From contig BK006938.2 of assembly GCA_000146045.2 (NCBI GenBank), positions 416,001 through 480,000 on the forward strand: 64,000 nt of DNA, read 5' to 3'. The position numbers and the translations under genes were made by a program. Positions 58,046 to 64,000 of this stretch are shown here, in pieces (within the stretch, counting starts at the first letter, position 1; each line of letters opens with the position of its first letter). Origin of the DNA: TPA_inf: Saccharomyces (taxonomy: Eukaryota). A model generated the notes under the pieces. It made no database searches. It was not told where the DNA came from and saw nothing but the letters and a program-made list of their open reading frames with translations.

Positions 58046-59989
58046 ATGAGAGCATATGGAAAGAGGGGCCCAGTTCTCAGAACTCCTTTTAGATCTAATA
58101 AAGGCTTGCCATCTTCTTCCGATGTTGAATTTAGTGATGACGATGTAAACTCCGTGATTCCTGATGTAAGTTCTACCATTTCGAGCAGTATTGCAGACCA
58201 CCCGATAGAGGGATTATTGGACGAGCCTAGAAAGGCTCAGGACAGCTCGTCGTCATTTGATGGTGCAAATGAGAAGCCCTCTTCACAACTGGACTCAAAA
58301 AGGAATGACCAAAACGTCAAAATTATCACTAGCAGTGATACCTCAATGGCATTTATGAAAGATGAAAAGTTAAGTGCCTTTAATTTCCTTGATGGTTCAA
58401 AGGCATCTAAGAGAAAAAGAAGAAGAACTTACCAAAAGCATGATGCGAACATAACGTCTTCAATTGAACCAGACGTACAAGATGAAGACAGCATTACAAT
58501 GCACAATGAATTTGAATCAATAAGGAAAATATACAATGACATCAATGAATTCATATTGAAGCTACCGAGAGCTGACGATGATATACTGAATAAAATGCTT
58601 GAAAATGAGATGAAGATGGACGACTCTATAGAGAATAATAGCATACGCACATCCAAAGACAAAAAATATGGCAAATTTAGAACAATATTAATAAACAAAA
58701 ATAAAGAAAATGAAATAATGGGAGAAGAGGTAGATCAGAAAGCTAACACCTTGTCCCTAAATAACGCTGACAACAGTAATGCTGAAAAAGAAGGATTAAC
58801 TTCAACAAATCACTACAACGAATTAAAAAATATGGGAGATACAATAAAATACCAGGATGATATTGAGTTTCTTCTGTCCAATTCTAAAAGTAATGACAAT
58901 ACTACGGTACCAATCAATGAATACTTTAAAAAACTTTTAAATTTATCCCTAATGATTATTAATGACGAAGAATTTTTTCAATATGCGAAAAGATATTTCA
59001 AAAAGGAAATAATTAAGCTTAGTTTTGCGCAATTTAGATCGGATTTTCCTGAATTAATCTTATTACAGGGTTATTTACTACATAAAGTTAGTGAATCACA
59101 ATCCGATTTCCCGCCAAGCTTTGACAATTTCTCTATCGAATTAAGTAAAGATGATGGTAAAATACGGACAAAAAAGAATAAGCATATTAAAAAACTCTCA
59201 CACCTAAATTTCGAAGACTTTCTTCGGAAGACTCAATTCAAAACGGGACTTTATTATTCATTATCACTCTGGGAAATGCATGGTAATTTATCGTTAGATA
59301 TAATCAAGAGAATCTCCATCCTTGCTTCAAATAAGGACTTATTCAGTCGGCACGTTAAGACTTTTATTCCTCTTTTAGAAAAATTAATAACCGCTTCCGA
59401 ATTTTGCCACATGTATATTGAACAACCTGAAATGTTCGATTCACTGATAAGCAACTTGAATAATCAGTTTAAGGATATGCTTGATGATGACTCGTTGATT
59501 AAAATCCTAATCTTGTTAACAAACATGGAAGTACATAACTATACGCTATGGAAAGAGGCAGATATGATATTTCAAAGTTCAATGAACACAATTTTGGAAA
59601 GCATACATCCATTGACAGACGCGAAAGTTGATAACATACTCTTGCATTTAGGGCTCTGCCTCAATATTTGCAGTAGAGAAAATAGTCGTTTAAAACTTGA
59701 CGGCAAATTATGGTATGATATGAAAACTATATTTGTTAAAATGATCCGTGACGGTTCTGACACTGAAAATAGGTTAGTACAGGGCCTGTTTTACTTAAAT
59801 TTTTCATTTTTAATTAAACAACGGAAAGAAAATAGTAATTTAGACCCAGGGGAGCTCAATTTGTTACTAGTAGAGCTGGAAGCATTTAAATCGGAAACAT
59901 CTCAATTTAATGAAGGTATTTCAAATAAAATCGAAATAGCGTTAAATTACCTAAAATCAATATACACGAGTGAAAGAATTACAATATAA
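58046..59989 (+). CDS. RAD61: RAD61/WPL1 cohesin-release factor (Wapl ortholog), 647 aa
   Basis: Length and position match from memory. Acidic/Ser-rich N-terminus, helical C-terminal Wapl-like domain. Confidence 0.8.
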   Translation: MRAYGKRGPVLRTPFRSNKGLPSSSDVEFSDDDVNSVIPDVSSTISSSIADHPIEGLLDEPRKAQDSSSSFDGANEKPSSQLDSKRNDQNVKIITSSDTSMAFMKDEKLSAFNFLDGSKASKRKRRRTYQKHDANITSSIEPDVQDEDSITMHNEFESIRKIYNDINEFILKLPRADDDILNKMLENEMKMDDSIENNSIRTSKDKKYGKFRTILINKNKENEIMGEEVDQKANTLSLNNADNSNAEKEGLTSTNHYNELKNMGDTIKYQDDIEFLLSNSKSNDNTTVPINEYFKKLLNLSLMIINDEEFFQYAKRYFKKEIIKLSFAQFRSDFPELILLQGYLLHKVSESQSDFPPSFDNFSIELSKDDGKIRTKKNKHIKKLSHLNFEDFLRKTQFKTGLYYSLSLWEMHGNLSLDIIKRISILASNKDLFSRHVKTFIPLLEKLITASEFCHMYIEQPEMFDSLISNLNNQFKDMLDDDSLIKILILLTNMEVHNYTLWKEADMIFQSSMNTILESIHPLTDAKVDNILLHLGLCLNICSRENSRLKLDGKLWYDMKTIFVKMIRDGSDTENRLVQGLFYLNFSFLIKQRKENSNLDPGELNLLLVELEAFKSETSQFNEGISNKIEIALNYLKSIYTSERITI

Positions 59990-61726
59990 AGAAAGCATAC
60001 ATTGAACATAGCCTGGCTTCATCTTCACCCTGCTGGCAACTATTGAAAAATTGTCCAGAATTTATTATGTTATCCTTAAATTAATGAATGCCATGCACTT
60101 GCTTAAATTTTGACATCGCTTTCAGTGCATTGAAGCTACCAGGATCTTTGATGAGCCTTCTAGCGTATTTTTTTGTATGCCTTATGGCGCTTTTAATATG
60201 TTCATCTACAATTTCTTTAAAATGTCAATGGTAGCTTACTTTTTAAGAGTTATACTCCTGACAATTTTTTTTCACGACATAAGTTTGGTGGAAAATAAAT
60301 GCAGTATTATTTAATTATTTAATTAATTTCCTTGACTGCACAATTCATCAGGAGCGTTATACAAATAAAAGAAATCATACTGTTTCATATTAAACACGAA
60401 TAAGAAATTCAGGTTGAATTACTTGGTGTGATTATTTATCATACGCATAATATCAAAATAACTAATCATAAAAAAATATGAGCAGGATCTCCGCACCTTT
60501 TAAAAAAGGTTGAAAGGGCTTAAAAAACTGAAAGACTAAAACCTTTTTTTCGAGGCATAGGAAGCCTAGAGTACTTCGGGTAGACGATATAACAATGCAA
60601 TAAAAATAGTATATTAATAAACATACGAAAAAAGGTTAATATATTCATTAATAATGTACTGATGGTAATTAATATACCGCAGAGTCTTGAAACTCGGCGG
60701 GTAAAAATTCTATATCCCATAAGGTCCATCAGGTGACTTTTTGTGATACTGTGTTATTGTTACTTTAAATTGGTTAATTATTCAATCAATTTCCAGTGAT
60801 ACAGTAGAAAACAAAGTCAAAGAATCGCAGTACCCGCTGGTCACGCCAAAAAAATAAAGCTTAATGTTCTTTTAGTCAACATATTCACTCAAAGATTGCA
60901 TGATCACCATCAGAATGTGTGAGTAGGTTAGGCTGAACGGCAGTAGGAGCAATTACGTATGTTAGTAAATGGAAGGAGACCAGCATTATGGTTTATCTTA
61001 TTTGGTCTTCCGTACACAAATAGTAGTGAATGTATGGTAAACATGCATGCGATGACTTAACTAAGGATTTACTGGTGTTGGATCAAATTTAATCTCTGCA
61101 TGTATAGGCTATTCAATAATCATGAGGCGTTAAAGGATAGTTTACTTATCATTTTTCCTTCTTGAAGCATTTTCCCAGAGCTGATAGATATATTGAAGTA
61201 GTACTTATATACCTTTCAACTGATGCATGTGAATGCCTGCTTGGAACATCGGGAATAAGAATTATAGTAACAATACCAATTTCTCCAGCGGATTTGTCTA
61301 TTTTCTTGGTACTTCATGCAAGGTGCATCCTTTTTCTCTTGAAATTCATTCTGAATGGCCATAACTGCCAATGTTCACCATTCCTAAAGACGACGTGTTT
61401 ATCACTCCTAGTTGCTTGGAAGTTAGACAACATGAGGAATAATAACCTCAAGAGATTAAAAAATGCAAGTAACTATATTACATATTTATTATGCACACTT
61501 TGCCTTGCCACTTGTGTAATAGACCTGGGTTCTTGCCGAGGTGATATGCTCTTTAATAAAAGATCACCTCAATTCAAGACTAAAAATGGCGAGGTATAAA
61601 TCTGCGTCGCTAACATGTACAATATTTTAATGTATACTCTCGCATATTTATATTTTCGTTTTTCACGGCTTTAATTAGCGTACGTGGTTTCTGATTTTTG
61701 CTTGAGTAATGCACTATTTATTAAGA

Positions 61727-61736
61727 TAGCCGCCCA
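61727..61736 (-). promoter_or_regulatory. URS1-like Ume6 site (GGGCGGCTA on the minus strand; plus-strand TAGCCGCCC) about 65 bp upstream of HED1
   Basis: Core GGCGGC with CTA flank, one mismatch to TCGGCGGCTA. HED1 is an early-meiotic, Ume6-regulated gene. Confidence 0.5.
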
Positions 61737-61796
61737 GGTTAAATTCTTGAATTACAACTACATGTCAGAGACGAACGAAAGAGAGAAATCAAGACG

Positions 61797-62285
61797 ATGC
61801 AACAAAGATCAAATAGGAGAAGCTGCTCCTATATACCACTCGGGGTACATAATAATGCCGAAAAGAGCTTGTGCACCGAAGTTGCTCCAGCAAGAAAGAA
61901 CAAAAGGTCTATTACGACTTCTCCCATAGTCAACATCAACGTTGTAGAAAGAAGACTGTTTAATTTGGAATTGGAAAAACAACAACTTCGTGCCAAAAAT
62001 CTGTCTGAGAACACAGGTGGCGGAAGCCCCAATGGGGGTGCTTATCTGGACGCCAAAAAAGGAGTAAGAGAACAAGATCAATACCAAGGAGGTCCCTCGA
62101 AAGAGCTTGACAGGCTACAACCACCACCTTCAATGAAGAAAAGCCCTCCAAGGAAGAAGAAGAGCCTAAAGGACTTGATATATGAAACGAACAAGACATT
62201 CTATCAGGTGGATTCTAACAAGGTTAAATATAAGGTAGGTCTATCCAAGAAACAGCTATTACCATCCAAAACGGTAGACAACTAA
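61797..62285 (+). CDS. HED1: HED1 meiosis-specific inhibitor of Rad51, 162 aa
   Basis: Length and position (between RAD61 and DAD1) match from memory. Basic and low-complexity composition. Confidence 0.75.
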   Translation: MQQRSNRRSCSYIPLGVHNNAEKSLCTEVAPARKNKRSITTSPIVNINVVERRLFNLELEKQQLRAKNLSENTGGGSPNGGAYLDAKKGVREQDQYQGGPSKELDRLQPPPSMKKSPPRKKKSLKDLIYETNKTFYQVDSNKVKYKVGLSKKQLLPSKTVDN

Positions 62286-62473
62286 GTTCAAAGAGGAGAA
62301 CGTTTGAAAAAGAGTTCGGTGGCCCTCCACTTTTTTCAACGTGCAAAAGTTGTCCACAACTTACTTATCATTAGGCTAAAATTACAATTTATATCTTACG
62401 TATCCTTTATCTAATTTGCGACTGTAAACATAAATTTAGGATAATATTAGGAGAGACAGAGGGAACCGCAACT

Positions 62474-62758
62474 TTACTTCGTTTTCGATTGAGATAAAGT
62501 AGGTTGCTCGTCGATGGGCGCTTCGTCTGATAAACTTTCCAACCCATCATAAAGTGTTTTCCACAAATCAGAAACTGACTGGAATTCTCTTCCCACAGCT
62601 ATCGAGCTCTCCAATGATATATTGAGACCATTCAGACCATTCAAGATTGAATTCATAGTCTCATTGATCTCCTGCAATACTATATTCCTCTGCTCGATGA
62701 AGTATTTGTCAGTGGTTGATATCAACTTTTCTTCATCATTGGATGTACTAGCCATCAT
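62474..62758 (-). CDS. DAD1: DAD1 DASH/Dam1 kinetochore complex subunit, 94 aa
   Basis: The track ORF starts on GTG at 62776. The true ATG at 62758 gives MMASTSNDEEKLISTTDKYFIEQRNIVLQEINE... Confidence 0.85.
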   Translation of the reverse strand: MMASTSNDEEKLISTTDKYFIEQRNIVLQEINETMNSILNGLNGLNISLESSIAVGREFQSVSDLWKTLYDGLESLSDEAPIDEQPTLSQSKTK

Positions 62759-63114
62759 ATGTACATATATCCTCACACGTCCGAGCTCTTCATCAGTCCT
62801 ATTCCTACGCTAATTACTACCTCCTCTTGTTAAAGGTGACTGTTTATTCCCTTTGTTATTTTCGCGGCCTTGACTTTTACCCGGAGGTGGCCCTTTCCGC
62901 TCAATGGTTCTAGTGATCGCCTATAACCGTGTAGTCATATTCATACACGTACAAATTCGTTTGTCTTTTCATATATATAGTTATATATGCTATGCTCGTT
63001 TGTGTATTTATTGGATTATGCAATCAAAATAATGATAGTTACGAATAGATAAATGCATTTACGGACTGAAATAAGCGCAGCTAAAAGAATATTCATTAGT
63101 TCTATCCTTTCTTT

Positions 63115-64000
63115 TCAATCACTAACTTGAGCATCGTCATTGTATCTTGGTTCAGCGTCGAAAATAAGCTCGTATTTTCTCCATTTTTGTCTTAGTTTAC
63201 TATTTGGATCATTATACATTTCTTCGTCTTCTTTGTCAAATTCATCTAACCAATCCCACTTACTGTTGAAGTTGATTTTCGAACCGGTGGCGGAGGTGAA
63301 ACTATTCGAATCTGCTTCTTCGCTAATCATATCATTCATCTCTACTTCATCGAAAATTAACGGCATATCAGAAGTCAGATAATTCCAGATTAATAACAGA
63401 TAAAACCTCAAGCTCTTCACACCTCGTAAGAACCCTTTATCTTCTATATTTGGCGATTTTGGGGGTATACGAAATTTATCCATACATTCCATTGCATCTT
63501 CTTTAGTAACACAACGTGCAAAATCGATCAAGTTGACTTTAACATTAGCAGCTTTTTTCCTTTTAGAATTTGATTTATTAGCATCTCCATCGTACATTAG
63601 TAATAAAGACGCGCCATATAGCCTGTAACCTTTCAAATTAAAAATTTCAGAATACAAAGTATCTAGTTGCTTGATCAACCTTGGAATTTGCCTGATTAAA
63701 CTTTCAATGGTCTTACCATCATACAAAAAACGTGCAAGTACCCTAGCAAATTGCCAACCAACCTTAACCCTTCTACCAAAGTATTTATCTCTTGTGATAT
63801 AATAATCTTTGTTCCAAACCTTTAATCCGCAGATTCTAACGCCTAAACGCCTAGAAGTGGTCTTTAAACACTTTGCACGCTGTGACAGTTGCTTGGCTCT
63901 TTTGGCGTCTACGCCATATTGTCTTGTCCCCATCTTTAGATCCAGTGCACAAGGCTTGTTCATGTTTCTTGTCAAATCTTCCAATAAGATAAATTTTGAA
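63115..64000 (-). CDS. KCS1: KCS1 inositol hexakisphosphate / heptakisphosphate kinase, C-terminal about 295 codons (N-terminus beyond the right window edge)
   Basis: IPK-family C-terminal motifs (PCALDLKMG...; SLLLMYDG). The frame is open to position 64000. The track M at 63984 is internal. Confidence 0.85.
   Translation of the reverse strand, partial: SKFILLEDLTRNMNKPCALDLKMGTRQYGVDAKRAKQLSQRAKCLKTTSRRLGVRICGLKVWNKDYYITRDKYFGRRVKVGWQFARVLARFLYDGKTIESLIRQIPRLIKQLDTLYSEIFNLKGYRLYGASLLLMYDGDANKSNSKRKKAANVKVNLIDFARCVTKEDAMECMDKFRIPPKSPNIEDKGFLRGVKSLRFYLLLIWNYLTSDMPLIFDEVEMNDMISEEADSNSFTSATGSKINFNSKWDWLDEFDKEDEEMYNDPNSKLRQKWRKYELIFDAEPRYNDDAQVSD

Noticed and set aside
61162-61599. 145-aa plus-strand Cys-rich ORF upstream of HED1
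   Set aside because: Low-complexity hydrophobic sequence with no domain I recognise. AT-rich context. Probably non-coding, but retained as part of an interval worth transcript inspection.

Overview
This window is nuclear DNA of Saccharomyces cerevisiae. It is the pericentromeric region of chromosome IV, running from YDL020C (RPN4, whose 5' part enters at the left edge on the minus strand) across CEN4 to YDR017C (KCS1, partial at the right edge).

Gene order, from the six-frame track and my recollection of the proteins: RPN4 (partial), OSH2, ERP3, CDC7, TSC13, NOP1, SLX5, YDL012C (spliced), GRX6, APC11, tRNA-Thr(AGU), a Ty1 delta LTR cluster, a small acidic ORF (possibly YDL007C-A), a solo delta, tRNA-Ser(AGA), RPT2, PTC1, MED2, ATP16, MCD1/SCC1, NHP10, RMD1, CEN4, NTH1, YRB1, RCR2, RAD57, MAF1 (spliced, 2-codon first exon), SOK1, TRP1, ARS1, GAL3, SNQ2, RPL4B, PSF1, RAD61/WPL1, HED1, DAD1, KCS1 (partial).

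- **Start codons.** The supplied ORF track uses alternative start codons (GTG/TTG shown as M). True ATG starts were therefore re-derived for CDC7, TSC13, RPT2, MCD1, RAD57, SOK1, TRP1 and DAD1. Two introns invisible to ORF calling were reconstructed, in YDL012C and MAF1.
- **Non-coding landmarks read from the sequence.**
  - Centromere and origin: a textbook point centromere (CDEI/CDEII/CDEIII) between RMD1 and NTH1, and the ARS1 origin (ACS next to a BglII site) at the TRP1 3' end.
  - tRNA genes and retroelement remnants: two tRNA genes, each with Ty1 delta remnants 75-115 bp upstream.
  - Promoter elements: RPN4 (HSE, YRE, two PDREs), SNQ2 (two PDREs, YRE), GAL3 (one GAL4 17-mer), MCD1/CDC7/PSF1 (MCB boxes), NTH1 (STREs), HED1 (URS1), NOP1 (RRPE).
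  - Repeats: coding tandem repeats in NOP1 (GAR domain) and MED2 (Asn-rich).
- **Novelty.** I see no evidence of an undescribed gene system. This is one of the best-characterised stretches of the yeast genome (CEN4-TRP1-ARS1-GAL3). The items of residual interest are:
  - a Ty leader-like fragment near the delta cluster that also occurs in the MED2-ATP16 intergenic region;
  - a GC-rich CpG/MCB block upstream of GRX6;
  - several long ORF-free intergenic stretches that could host ncRNAs or origins.
- **Coordinate caveat.** Near 47460 the displayed sequence and the ORF track disagree by 1 nt, so hand-derived positions near GAL3 may be off by about 1 bp.
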